Assembly (NCBI GenBank): GCA_938003855.1
Contig: CALKXD010000213.1
Location: 33,722-97,721, forward strand
From: an uncultured Granulosicoccaceae bacterium
GTDB taxonomy: Bacteria > Pseudomonadota > Gammaproteobacteria > Granulosicoccales > Granulosicoccaceae
Direction of reading: 5' to 3'
DNA length: 64,000 bases
Below are positions 55,292 through 64,000 of the stretch, piece by piece (position 1 is the stretch's first letter; the number at the start of each line of letters is the position of its first letter). The notes beneath the pieces are model-generated. The model was not told where the DNA came from and ran no database searches. It was given only the letters and a program-made list of their open reading frames with translations. The position numbers and the translations under genes were made by a program.

Positions 55292-56058
55292 TCGACACCC
55301 ACGTTCACTTTGACCATCAACGCTTCGACAGCGATCGCGATGCCGTCTACCAGAGGGCAATGGCGAGTAACGTCACCCGAATGATCATTCCAGCGGTATG
55401 CAGGGAGCGCTGGACAAACGTTACCGCTGTCGCGCGGCAGTACCCCGGGGTATTTGCCAGTTACGGGCTGCACCCGATGTATCTGCACGAACACCACCCG
55501 AATGATCTGCCACTGCTGGAGCAAACGATCACCGGGAACAGTTGCGTTGCCATTGGTGAATGCGGATTGGATGGCACAATGAATGAGGCGAGCCTCCAAC
55601 AGCAACACGACTACTTCCAGCAACAGCTGCAACTGGCAAAAAAGCACCAGCTTCCTGTGATTCTTCACGCTAGAGGTGCCGTCGAAAAAGTTATTCTGGC
55701 GCTGCGCTCAGATGGACCCGGCAAAGGCGTTGTGCATAGCTACAACGGCAGTCTGCAGCAGGCCTATCGCCTGATCGATATGGGGTATCACCTGAGCTTC
55801 GGCGGGCCGGTGACCTATACACGTGCGCGCAAACTGCAGGCGCTGGTCAGGCAATTGCCACTCGACAGTCTGCTGCTGGAGACCGACGCACCTGACCAGA
55901 CCGGATCGGCACATCACGGCACTCGCAATGAACCCGCGTATCTCACCGAGGTGCTCACCGCTGTGGCGGCTATCCGGGGTACCGGGGAATCTTCAATCGC
56001 TCAGGCCTGCAATCGCAACGCCTGCGGGTTATTCGGCCTGCCTGCGCAATCAGACTAA
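55282..56058 (+). CDS. TatD family metal-dependent hydrolase (YjjV-like)
   Basis: The blocks IDTHVHFD, GLHPMY, IGECGLD, HARGA, HSYNGS and LETDAPDQ are present. It overlaps the upstream gene by 10 nt. Confidence 0.88.
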   Translation: MPLIDTHVHFDHQRFDSDRDAVYQRAMASNVTRMIIPAVCRERWTNVTAVARQYPGVFASYGLHPMYLHEHHPNDLPLLEQTITGNSCVAIGECGLDGTMNEASLQQQHDYFQQQLQLAKKHQLPVILHARGAVEKVILALRSDGPGKGVVHSYNGSLQQAYRLIDMGYHLSFGGPVTYTRARKLQALVRQLPLDSLLLETDAPDQTGSAHHGTRNEPAYLTEVLTAVAAIRGTGESSIAQACNRNACGLFGLPAQSD

Positions 56059-56124
56059 CGCTGCGCTGAGGACTTCCAATCCGTGCAGACAAACACACCG
56101 CATGCGTTGTCCCGGACGCGATAT

Positions 56125-56877
56125 TTAGTACGGAAAACGTTGCGGCACGTAGATTTTCTCCATCTCATTTTCGATCCAGGTGCTGGCTTCAAGCAGCACA
56201 TCGTCTGCGTTTCGATTGTCGGTTGGAATCGGCGGGCCAACCGAAATGGTGATGGTACCCGGCCATTTTAGAAAACTGTGCCGTGGCCAGAATTCTCCGG
56301 CGTTGTGTGCGACCGGTAAAACCGGTGCGCCGGTTTTGACCGCGATTACTGCGCCGCCTTTTTTATAGGCGGGTGCAGCCCCCAGTGGTGTTCGGGTCCC
56401 CTCGGGAAAGATAGTAATCGAAAAACCATTATTCACCTTGATACGGGCCTGGTCGATGAGCTGCACCATCACCCGACGGCCGGCGGATCGATTGATATAG
56501 ATATAATCAAGCGCGGCAAACGCCCAGCCAAAAAAGGGTATCCAGAGTAATTCCCGTTTGGCCACATACACCGAATGCGGAAAAAACAACTTCAGTGCAA
56601 ACGTCTCCCAGGTGGACTGGTGCTTGGCGAAGATAATCGCGGGCTCGAGCGCAGTATGCTCGCTGCCACGTAACTCAAAGTTTATTTTGCAGGTTACTTT
56701 CAGCCACCAGATAACAAACCGTACCCACAAATTGACCACGTCATAGCGCCGGCGCAGCGGCAGCACCACGGACACCAGTACAGGTAGCCAGTACACGGCA
56801 ATTGATATCGCAAAAACTACCCAGAACAGTAGCGAGCGCAGGTACAACACCGGACGGGGCGGTAGTGTATTTGTCAT
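56125..56877 (-). CDS. plsC: 1-acyl-sn-glycerol-3-phosphate acyltransferase
   Basis: An N-terminal TM segment is present, with acyltransferase motif I KHQSTWE and motif III FPEGTR. Confidence 0.85.
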   Translation of the reverse strand: MTNTLPPRPVLYLRSLLFWVVFAISIAVYWLPVLVSVVLPLRRRYDVVNLWVRFVIWWLKVTCKINFELRGSEHTALEPAIIFAKHQSTWETFALKLFFPHSVYVAKRELLWIPFFGWAFAALDYIYINRSAGRRVMVQLIDQARIKVNNGFSITIFPEGTRTPLGAAPAYKKGGAVIAVKTGAPVLPVAHNAGEFWPRHSFLKWPGTITISVGPPIPTDNRNADDVLLEASTWIENEMEKIYVPQRFPY

Positions 56878-57148
56878 GGGAGTCGTCGTAAAAACCTTGC
56901 AAAATATTGGGAACTTCAGGGGCCTTGCGTAGCGGCAGAAATTCAGCGGCTCGCAACACTCAATCGCTCATTGCGTTCTTTACTGTGGAGGTTCATCGAA
57001 GGAAAGGACAAGAGACTCATGAGATTCGTGTAACTGCTTTGTCAACCGATAATGAAGCACGCTCGGACGTCGGCACTATAAGCTAAAAGCACCGCACGGT
57101 GCGGGCAATTTCCGTATCAGAATAACTTTACGACTCATTCAACAGGAT

Positions 57149-57691
57149 TTAGTCGACAACGGCCAATAGATCATCGACAAACGACGCCAGATCATCGAAC
57201 ACGGCGATGTTTTCAAGGTGTCGGTTTTCCTCAAGCGTCCGATTCCCGTGCCCTGAGCGCACCAGCACCGGTGTCGCCCCGACCACCATGGCCGACTGTA
57301 CATCCCGCAGTGAATCACCCACCAGGGGCACTCCGGCAAGCTCGATATCGAGCCGTTTCATCACGCTGTGCAGCATGCCCGGACGCGGCTTGCGACAATT
57401 GCAGTCGTCGTCCGGCTTGTGCGGACAGATAAACACCGCATCAATACGCCCGCCGCTGGCCGCAACCGTCTGATGCATGCGCTCGTGAATTGCGTGCAGA
57501 TCCTCAAGCGTCAGCAAGCCACGCGCAATACCACTCTGGTTAGTCACCACTACCACGCGATAATCGGCCTGACACAAACGCGCGATCGCCTCGATGCTAC
57601 CTTCAATGGGCACCCAGTCACTGTCGGAGCAGATGTAATTTTCCGACTCTTCGTTAATGACACCATCTCTGTCGAGTAACACCAGTTTCAT
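57149..57691 (-). CDS. gmhB: D-glycero-beta-D-manno-heptose 1,7-bisphosphate 7-phosphatase
   Basis: The HAD motif I is LLDRDGVIN. The zinc-binding CPHKPDDDCNCRKP block and GDSLRD (motif IV) are also present. Confidence 0.9.
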   Translation of the reverse strand: MKLVLLDRDGVINEESENYICSDSDWVPIEGSIEAIARLCQADYRVVVVTNQSGIARGLLTLEDLHAIHERMHQTVAASGGRIDAVFICPHKPDDDCNCRKPRPGMLHSVMKRLDIELAGVPLVGDSLRDVQSAMVVGATPVLVRSGHGNRTLEENRHLENIAVFDDLASFVDDLLAVVD

Positions 57692-57753
57692 GAGGTCGTG
57701 GAGTCCATCGGCTTAACCGGTCGCTTGTAACAGCGGGTTCAAACAGGGAGACA

Positions 57754-59829
57754 TCAGGATTGCAGCCCACCGAGCTCGGCAACATGTGAAAAGAGCCCGC
57801 GCAGCTCCGACAACATGGCCAATCGATTGTTGCGCACAGCAGAATCTTCAGCCATCACCATCACCTCTTCAAAATACGTATCAACGGGCTCTCTGAGAGC
57901 GGCCAGTGATTGCAGCGCGCGGGTGTAATCACCCGCCGCAAACAGCGGCTCGATCAGTGCCTTGCGCTCGGTAACCGCGCTGTGAAGTTTGCGTTCGGTG
58001 TCATTTTCAAAAAGGCTCTCGTCGATAGCCACGGACTCAGACAAGGTATTTTTCTTCAGTATATTGGAAATGCGCTTGTTGGCAGCCGCCAGGCTTTCTG
58101 CCTCGGGCAGTGTCGAGAATGCCACCACTGCTTTGATGCGCCGATCAAAATCACCGGGCGCTGTCGGTCGCACGGCGGCGACAGCCTCAAAAACCTGTGG
58201 GCTGACTTCCTGTGCGGTGTAATAGGCACGCAGACGATCAAGCATAAAATCAAACACCTCGTTAACAACACCCGCAGCATCTGCTTTATCGCCAAGGCCG
58301 TCAGCCGCCTGCTGCAGTAATGCTTCAAGGTCGAGTTCAAGATCGCATTCGATAATCGTGCGCAAAACGGCTAGCGCTAAACGTCGTAGGGCAAACGGGT
58401 CTTTAACACCGGTAGGCTTTTGGCCAATGGCAAAAATACCAACCAGCGTGTCGAGTCGATCGGCAACCGCCAGCGACTGACCCACCGCCGACTGCGCTAA
58501 CCGGTCTTCAGCGTTGCGCGGCAGGTATTGCTCACTGAGTGCCAGGCTAACCGCATCGGGCTCGTTCTGCAGTGCGGCATAGTATTGACCCATAATGCCC
58601 TGTACCGAGGGAAACTCACCGACCATCTCGGTCATCAAATCACATTTCGATAACTCGCTCGCACGCTCTGTGTGGGCGACATCCGCACCGATCTGTCCGG
58701 CAATAGTGCAAGCCAGCTTTCCGACGCGCTCGGTTTTTTCAAAGACACTGCCGAGCCTGGTTTGAAACACTACCTTTTTCAGTGTGGCGATATGATCCTG
58801 CAATGGCTTCTTGCGGTCCTGCTGCCAGAAAAACATCGCATCCGCCAGCCGCGGTCGAATCACAACCTCGTTGCCGATACGCACCTGATCGGGATCAGTG
58901 CTTTCAATGTTGGAAATCGTGATAAAGCGCGGCATCAGTTTTCCCGATGCATCCAACACAGGAAAATATTTCTGGTTGTCTTTCATTGTGGTGATCAACA
59001 CTTCGGACGGAATCTCCAGATAGACCGACTCGAACTCACCGGCCACCGGAACCGGCCACTCCACCAGAGCGGTTACTTCATCGAGCAATGCTTCATCGAC
59101 CACTGCCTCGCCGCCCAGTGCCTTCGCCGTGGTGGCGACACCATCGGCAATTATCTGCCGGCGCTCTGCAAAGTCTGCGATCACCATCCCCTGATCCTTC
59201 AACGCCACCCGGTAGTCGGCGGGATTGCCGATCTCAATCAGTGCTGAACTGTGAAAGCGATGGCCGCGCGTGCTGCGGCCTGACTGCAGCCCGAGAATCT
59301 CTGCCGGTACCACATCGTTACCCAGCAGCATCAGCAACCAATGCGCGGGCCTGACAAATTCAACGCTGCTATCACCCCAGCGCATGCGCTTTGGGATAGG
59401 CAATGCCGCCAGCGTTGCAGAGACGATATCGGGCAGCAACTCAGCTGACGCCAGGCCGACCTGCTCAATATTGCAAACCAGCCACTCGCCTTTGTCAGTT
59501 TTCAGGCGTTCGAGGTCTGCAATCTCGACTCCGCAGGAGCGGGCAAATCCCATTGCAGCCTTGCTCGGGTTGCCGTTTTCGTCGAAAGCGGCTGCAACAG
59601 CGGGTCCGCGTTTTTGCAGTTTGCTGTCTGCTTGTCGCATCGGGACATCGGCGATATGCACCGCAAGCCGTCTGGGTGACGCAAAAACATGGGTATCGCT
59701 GCCCGCGATCTGCGCGTCCTTTAACCCTTTGTTTATCCCTTCTGCAAAAGCGTTGGCCAGCGTCTGCAGGGCCTTGGGCGGGAGCTCTTCAGTACCCAGC
59801 TCTACCAGGAAATCTGCTCGATCCGTCAT
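57754..59829 (-). CDS. glyS: glycine--tRNA ligase beta subunit
   Basis: The 691-aa product starts [13 protein letters not shown] and overlaps the glyQ stop by 4 nt. Confidence 0.95.
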   Translation of the reverse strand: MTDRADFLVELGTEELPPKALQTLANAFAEGINKGLKDAQIAGSDTHVFASPRRLAVHIADVPMRQADSKLQKRGPAVAAAFDENGNPSKAAMGFARSCGVEIADLERLKTDKGEWLVCNIEQVGLASAELLPDIVSATLAALPIPKRMRWGDSSVEFVRPAHWLLMLLGNDVVPAEILGLQSGRSTRGHRFHSSALIEIGNPADYRVALKDQGMVIADFAERRQIIADGVATTAKALGGEAVVDEALLDEVTALVEWPVPVAGEFESVYLEIPSEVLITTMKDNQKYFPVLDASGKLMPRFITISNIESTDPDQVRIGNEVVIRPRLADAMFFWQQDRKKPLQDHIATLKKVVFQTRLGSVFEKTERVGKLACTIAGQIGADVAHTERASELSKCDLMTEMVGEFPSVQGIMGQYYAALQNEPDAVSLALSEQYLPRNAEDRLAQSAVGQSLAVADRLDTLVGIFAIGQKPTGVKDPFALRRLALAVLRTIIECDLELDLEALLQQAADGLGDKADAAGVVNEVFDFMLDRLRAYYTAQEVSPQVFEAVAAVRPTAPGDFDRRIKAVVAFSTLPEAESLAAANKRISNILKKNTLSESVAIDESLFENDTERKLHSAVTERKALIEPLFAAGDYTRALQSLAALREPVDTYFEEVMVMAEDSAVRNNRLAMLSELRGLFSHVAELGGLQS

Positions 59830-60746
59830 GCTGCCGCCCCTTTTTCCTGTCCATTGGCTAACAGTGGAAATTCAAGCTTCTCGCGGGCGGCAAGATAGGC
59901 TTCTGCGACTCCCCTTGCCTGTTGTCGGATACGCAATATAAAGCGTTGCCGTTCGGTGACCGAAATAGCGTGCCGCGCATCGAGCATATTAAAAGTATGT
60001 GACGCTTTCAGTACCTGCTCGTAGGCAGGCAATGGCAACGCGAGCTCGCTCAAACGCTGCGCTTCTGCTTCGTGACTATCGAACATGGTAAACATAGCGT
60101 CGACGTTGGCGTGCTCGAAGTTGTAGGCCGATTGCTCTATTTCATTTTGCAGGTAGACATCACCATAGGTGACGACAGAGTTGCCGTGCTTTGACCAGAC
60201 CAGATCATAAACGCTATCGACCCCTTGTATGTACATAGCCAGCCGCTCGAGGCCGTAGGCTATCTCACCCATCACCGGACGGCACTCAAGCCCCCCCACC
60301 TGTTGAAAATAAGTAAACTGAGTGACTTCCATGCCATTCAGCCAGACCTCCCAGCCAAGACCCCAGGCACCCAGTGTCGGTGACTCCCAGTTATCTTCAA
60401 CAAACCGGATATCATGTACCAGCGGGTCAAACCCCAGTGCTTTCAGTGACCCGAGGTAGAGCTCCTGAAATTGATCAGGAGACGGTTTCATCACCACCTG
60501 AAATTGAAAGTAGTGTTGCAGGCGATTAGGATTTTCACCGTAGCGACCATCGGTCGGGCGACGCGAGCCCTGCACATGACAGGCACTCCACGGCTCCGGG
60601 CCGATAGCTCGCAGGAAGGTCGACGAATGAAATGTGCCGGCACCGACTTCCATATCGTAAGGCTGCTGTACCGTACAACCTTGTTCACTCCAGTAATGCT
60701 GCAGCGCAGCAATCAGGCCCTGGAATGTGGTCAATTCATAGTGCAA
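59826..60746 (-). CDS. glyQ: glycine--tRNA ligase alpha subunit
   Basis: The blocks [45 protein letters not shown] and [17 protein letters not shown] are present. Confidence 0.95.
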   Translation of the reverse strand: MHYELTTFQGLIAALQHYWSEQGCTVQQPYDMEVGAGTFHSSTFLRAIGPEPWSACHVQGSRRPTDGRYGENPNRLQHYFQFQVVMKPSPDQFQELYLGSLKALGFDPLVHDIRFVEDNWESPTLGAWGLGWEVWLNGMEVTQFTYFQQVGGLECRPVMGEIAYGLERLAMYIQGVDSVYDLVWSKHGNSVVTYGDVYLQNEIEQSAYNFEHANVDAMFTMFDSHEAEAQRLSELALPLPAYEQVLKASHTFNMLDARHAISVTERQRFILRIRQQARGVAEAYLAAREKLEFPLLANGQEKGAAA

Positions 60747-61124
60747 ATCGATACTCCCGTTAAATAGATGATGGTCAGCTCTCGGGATTGAATGATCTTA
60801 AGCGGCAAACCGGCAACCTGCTATTGTAACTTGCACGGCTCACCAAAAATAGGACGCACGGCGGCGTTTGCACCCATTTTCGGTTAAATCGTGTACACTT
60901 ATGCGGCCACCAAATACGCCAAATACCGCGCACTATGTTTGCGCTTTGAAACCCTGATGCGCTGGGTAGAGTCCGGTAAAATTTGTACCGGCACGGCACA
61001 CCATCTACCTGTAAGCCCGTTTTTGGCCTGCACATAATACTTGTCCGGGGTAACGACCTGCCGGAAATTTAACCAGGTCCACCCTGGTACACACCACAGC
61101 TAATCTAACTGATCGAGGAACCCG

Positions 61125-62534
61125 ATGAGCGCAAATGACGTATTAAAAATGATGAAAGAAAACGCTGTGACTTTCGTCGACTTTCGCTTTACCGATACAC
61201 GCGGCAAAGAACAGCACGTCTCAGTACCAAGCCATCAGGTCGAAGAAGACACCTTCGAAGAAGGCAAAATGTTCGACGGCTCTTCTATCGCCGGATGGAA
61301 AGGCATCGACGCCTCCGACATGATCCTGATGCCGGACGCCTCAACCGCGGTGCTTGATCCGTTCACCGAGGAAGCAACGGTAAACATCCGCTGCGACATC
61401 ATCGAGCCCGACACCATGCAAGGCTACGACCGCGATCCACGCTCCATCGCCAGTCGTGCAGAGGCCTACATGCTGTCGCAGAATATTGCCGATACCGCCT
61501 TCTTCGGCCCTGAGCCCGAATTTTTCATTTTCGACGATGTACGCTGGGGCACCGAAATGGGCAGCACCTATTTCCACATCGATTCCGACGAAGCGGCCTG
61601 GAACACCGGTAAAGACATGCCCGGTGGCAACACCGGTCACCGCCCGGGCGTCAAGGGTGGCTATTTCCCGGTCCCTCCGGTCGACTCCCTGCACGACATT
61701 CGCGCCGAAATGTGCGTGGTCATGGAGCAAATGGGACTCACTGTCGAGGTTCATCACCATGAAGTAGGCACCGCCGGACAGTGTGAGATCGGCACCCTGT
61801 TCAATACACTCGTGAAGCGCGCCGACGAAGTTCAGATTCTTAAATATGTGGTGCAGAATGTCGCACACCTGCATGGCAAAACAGCCACCTTTATGCCAAA
61901 ACCGCTGGTCGGTGACAACGGCAGCGGCATGCACGTGCACCAGTCATTGTCAAAAGATGGCAACAACCTTTTTGCCGGTGATGAATACGGCGGCCTGTCT
62001 GAAATGGCGCTGCATTACATCGGCGGCACCATCAAGCACGCCAAAGCAATTAATGCATTTGCAAATGCCTCCACCAACAGCTACAAGCGCCTGGTGCCGG
62101 GTTTTGAAGCACCGGTAATGCTCGCTTATTCGGCACGTAACCGATCAGCCTCTGTACGTATTCCGCATGTTTCCAGCCCTAAGGCACGACGCATCGAAGT
62201 ACGATTTCCAGATCCGACCGGCAATCCGTACCTCACCTTCACCGCACTGCTGATGGCAGGCCTGGACGGCATCAAAAACAAAATTCACCCCGGCGATGCA
62301 ATGGACAAGGATCTCTACGATCTTCCCCCGGAAGAAGCCAGAAAAATCCCCCAGGTTGCACACTCGCTGGACCAGGCACTCGACGCACTCAACGAAGACC
62401 GCGCCTTCCTGACAGCCGGCGGTGTAATGAGCGACGACATGATCGACGCCTACATTGACCTGAAGATGGAAGAAGTCACGCGCTTGCGCATGGCCACCCA
62501 CCCGGTTGAGTTCGACCAGTACTACAGCCTGTAA
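61125..62534 (+). CDS. glnA: glutamine synthetase, type I
   Basis: The blocks [47 protein letters not shown] and [12 protein letters not shown] are present, with an adenylylation-site-like [10 protein letters not shown]. Confidence 0.95.
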   Translation: MSANDVLKMMKENAVTFVDFRFTDTRGKEQHVSVPSHQVEEDTFEEGKMFDGSSIAGWKGIDASDMILMPDASTAVLDPFTEEATVNIRCDIIEPDTMQGYDRDPRSIASRAEAYMLSQNIADTAFFGPEPEFFIFDDVRWGTEMGSTYFHIDSDEAAWNTGKDMPGGNTGHRPGVKGGYFPVPPVDSLHDIRAEMCVVMEQMGLTVEVHHHEVGTAGQCEIGTLFNTLVKRADEVQILKYVVQNVAHLHGKTATFMPKPLVGDNGSGMHVHQSLSKDGNNLFAGDEYGGLSEMALHYIGGTIKHAKAINAFANASTNSYKRLVPGFEAPVMLAYSARNRSASVRIPHVSSPKARRIEVRFPDPTGNPYLTFTALLMAGLDGIKNKIHPGDAMDKDLYDLPPEEARKIPQVAHSLDQALDALNEDRAFLTAGGVMSDDMIDAYIDLKMEEVTRLRMATHPVEFDQYYSL

Positions 62535-62543
62535 CACAGTGCT

Positions 62544-62580
62544 CTTGCGGCAGAGTTTATTGCTCTGTCGCAAGTTTTCT
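62544..62580 (+). terminator. rho-independent terminator downstream of glnA
   Basis: A 12-bp stem (cttgcggcagag / ctctgtcgcaag, with one G-U pair) and a 7-nt loop are followed by tttt-c-t...tttt. It starts 10 nt after the glnA stop. Confidence 0.75.
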
Positions 62581-62656
62581 GCATTTTCTTAAGCTAACTG
62601 CAATTGCAGGCCTGAATTTTGTCTGCCCAAGGTACACCATACTTTACTGGAGTACC

Positions 62657-63226
62657 TTGCGCGTGAGGTCCTTTGCTCTTCTACCCGTTTTTCTTGCCAG
62701 CACCCTGCTGGTAGCAAACAGCTCTTCTATCGCCGGGATTTACAAATACATCGACGAGGATGGCCAGGTTGCCTACAGCGATAAACCGGTGGACGGCGCT
62801 GAAAAAATGAATATCCGCGAGCGGGCGCCGCGCCCGGAGGCCGGATTCGACACCAACAGCAACCGCGGACAGGGCCCAGAGGGCGAACTGTCCGAGCAAG
62901 TGGAGTATGAATCGCTCGAAATCCTGACTCCCCGAAACGACCGCGTCATCGCTGACCGAACCGGCTCGGTTGAAGTTATTTTGCTGCCCACTCCCAGACT
63001 GGCCGATGGCCACGAGCTAATCATCGTCGTAGACGGCAAAGACATCAGTCGCGGCAGACATGCTAATGTGACGCTGTCGCAAGTGCCTCGCGGCTCGCAC
63101 AAAGTCTCTGCCAGAATACTCGATTCAGGGGGACAAACCCTGATGACCTCGCCCACCGTGACGTTCCATGTCAAAAGACCCATCATCGACAAAGACAGTC
63201 CACTGGCATACGACAACGACAACTAG
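62657..63226 (+). CDS. DUF4124 domain-containing secreted protein
   Basis: A signal peptide is followed by IYKYIDEDGQVAYSDKP, the DUF4124 signature. Its position between glnA and ntrB is as in many gammaproteobacteria. The TTG start is preceded by TGGAG. Confidence 0.8.
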   Translation: MRVRSFALLPVFLASTLLVANSSSIAGIYKYIDEDGQVAYSDKPVDGAEKMNIRERAPRPEAGFDTNSNRGQGPEGELSEQVEYESLEILTPRNDRVIADRTGSVEVILLPTPRLADGHELIIVVDGKDISRGRHANVTLSQVPRGSHKVSARILDSGGQTLMTSPTVTFHVKRPIIDKDSPLAYDNDN

Positions 63227-63451
63227 TCGGCAGAGCGTATCCGCGGCCTATGCGGCATTAATTCCAACGGCGTCACGGCACGAGACCACGTCACTCTCAG
63301 CTAACGCCACAACGCGCATTTCAGCAACCAAAAACCGGCACAGCACGGCGCGGGCGATTGTCAGCGCTGTGCCGATTAACCACAGCAATGCAACACAACA
63401 GCCCGGTGGCTGGTAAACTCCACGTCTCTGAAGTACGACACCGGCGCCGGA

Positions 63452-64000
63452 TTGAACCCCAACGAAAGCTTGCTCAACCACACCAGTGTGGCCGTGGTAT
63501 CGCTTGATAGCACGCAACGCATACAGTGGATGAATTTATCAGCAGAAGCGATGCTCAGTTGCAGCCAGCGGGTTGCCCACGGGCAGAACATCACCCGGCT
63601 GTTCTCTCTCCCCGATACACTGGTGTCGCAAATCAAAGAGACCCTGCTGACCGGCCAGATACTGATCAGCCGCAAGCTGGAAATTGCCACGCGGGCGCAG
63701 GAAACTATCCTGGTCGACTGCATCGCCACACCGATCGACCTGAACAGCAGCGAGCCCAGAGTGTTGCTGGAACTGATGGACATTGACCGGCAACAGAAAA
63801 TAGCCACCGAGCAAGCCCTGCTCGAGCAACAGGAGCGCTCACAGAATATACTGCGCGGGGTCGCTCACGAGGTACTCAATCCGCTCGGCGGTATCCGCGG
63901 TGCTGCACAACTTCTGGAGTTGGAGCTGACCGGATCATCACTGACCGAGTATACCCAGCTATTGATCAAAGAAGCCGACCGCTTGCAGGATCTGGTGCAG
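63452..64000 (+). CDS. glnL: nitrogen regulation sensor histidine kinase NtrB (5' part; runs off the window)
   Basis: This frame is open from 63380 to the window end. A PAS-like N-terminus is present (LLNHTSVAVVSLDSTQRIQWMNLSAEAML), with the H-box GVAHEVLNPLGGIRGAAQLLE. There is no in-frame ATG before 63530. The TTG at 63452 is my best guess for the start; CTG 63410 or GTG 63488 are possible, so the 5' end is uncertain. Confidence 0.8.
   Translation, partial: MNPNESLLNHTSVAVVSLDSTQRIQWMNLSAEAMLSCSQRVAHGQNITRLFSLPDTLVSQIKETLLTGQILISRKLEIATRAQETILVDCIATPIDLNSSEPRVLLELMDIDRQQKIATEQALLEQQERSQNILRGVAHEVLNPLGGIRGAAQLLELELTGSSLTEYTQLLIKEADRLQDLVQ

Noticed and set aside
60747-61124. I searched the glnA upstream region for NtrC sites (TGCACC-N5-GGTGCA) and a glnAp2 sigma-54 promoter. 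The partial matches are tgcacccattttcggt (60869-60884) and cgcactatgtttgcgct (60929-60945).
   Set aside because: These are only half-site-quality matches (about 11 of 17 positions), and no properly spaced -24/-12 element is present. This is not strong enough to annotate without a PWM scan or comparative data.
1-64000. I searched for a CRISPR array, tRNA or rRNA genes, IS elements, integrases, toxin-antitoxin pairs and recognisable anti-phage systems.
   Set aside because: I found no regularly spaced direct repeats with unique spacers; the only tandem repeat is the coding 21-mer at 42.3 kb. I found no cloverleaf-compatible GTTCGAATC-type T-arm outside coding sequence, no transposase- or integrase-like ORF, and no small adjacent toxin/antitoxin-like gene pair. 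The absence is by eye only and should be confirmed with tRNAscan-SE, Infernal, ISEScan and DefenseFinder.

Overview
This 64-kb window looks like gammaproteobacterial chromosome. Gene content and order suggest a marine Cellvibrionales- or Oceanospirillales-like organism: zwf-pgl and edd-eda with HexR, glnA-DUF4124-ntrB, glyQS, pqiABC, and Pro/Glu-rich linkers in secreted enzymes. That taxonomic guess is inference only. I can support about 55 protein-coding genes. I recognised no rRNA, tRNA, CRISPR array, transposase, integrase or prophage gene. Most of the window is housekeeping: thrC, the Entner-Doudoroff cluster with two clear HexR-type operators, trmB, plsC, gmhB, glyQS and glnA-ntrB. Several accessory-looking blocks interrupt it. 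(1) At 27.2-32.0 kb, a tightly coupled pair encodes a membrane-anchored BON/OmpA-type peptidoglycan-binding protein and a 1207-aa single-TM giant coiled-coil protein. I cannot assign this pair to any described system, and it is my best candidate for something new. (2) At 40.0-45.0 kb, four tandem paralogous secreted or lipoprotein SASA/DUF303-type (GQSN) esterases carry swapped N-terminal modules: Cys-bracketed DPDGDG(W/F/Y)GWE repeats, a 21-bp-repeat-encoded Pro/Glu/Ala linker, or a Ser/Thr/Pro linker. (3) At 34.0-38.6 kb, a divergent unit comprises a secreted beta-propeller lipoprotein, an HTH-like protein and an orphan lipoprotein, around an AT-rich control region with twin TGGGA-N6-TCCCA palindromes. 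(4) An acetate kinase is fused to a PduL phosphotransacylase, with no microcompartment genes nearby. (5) A TSP3-repeat Ca-binding surface protein has a sorting-signal-like C-terminal tail. (6) A YbjQ-YbjQ-M48 peptidase operon is present. (7) A hybrid histidine kinase with two Hpt domains sits next to a REC-GGDKF-EAL regulator. All product calls come from motif recognition by eye; no database search was run.
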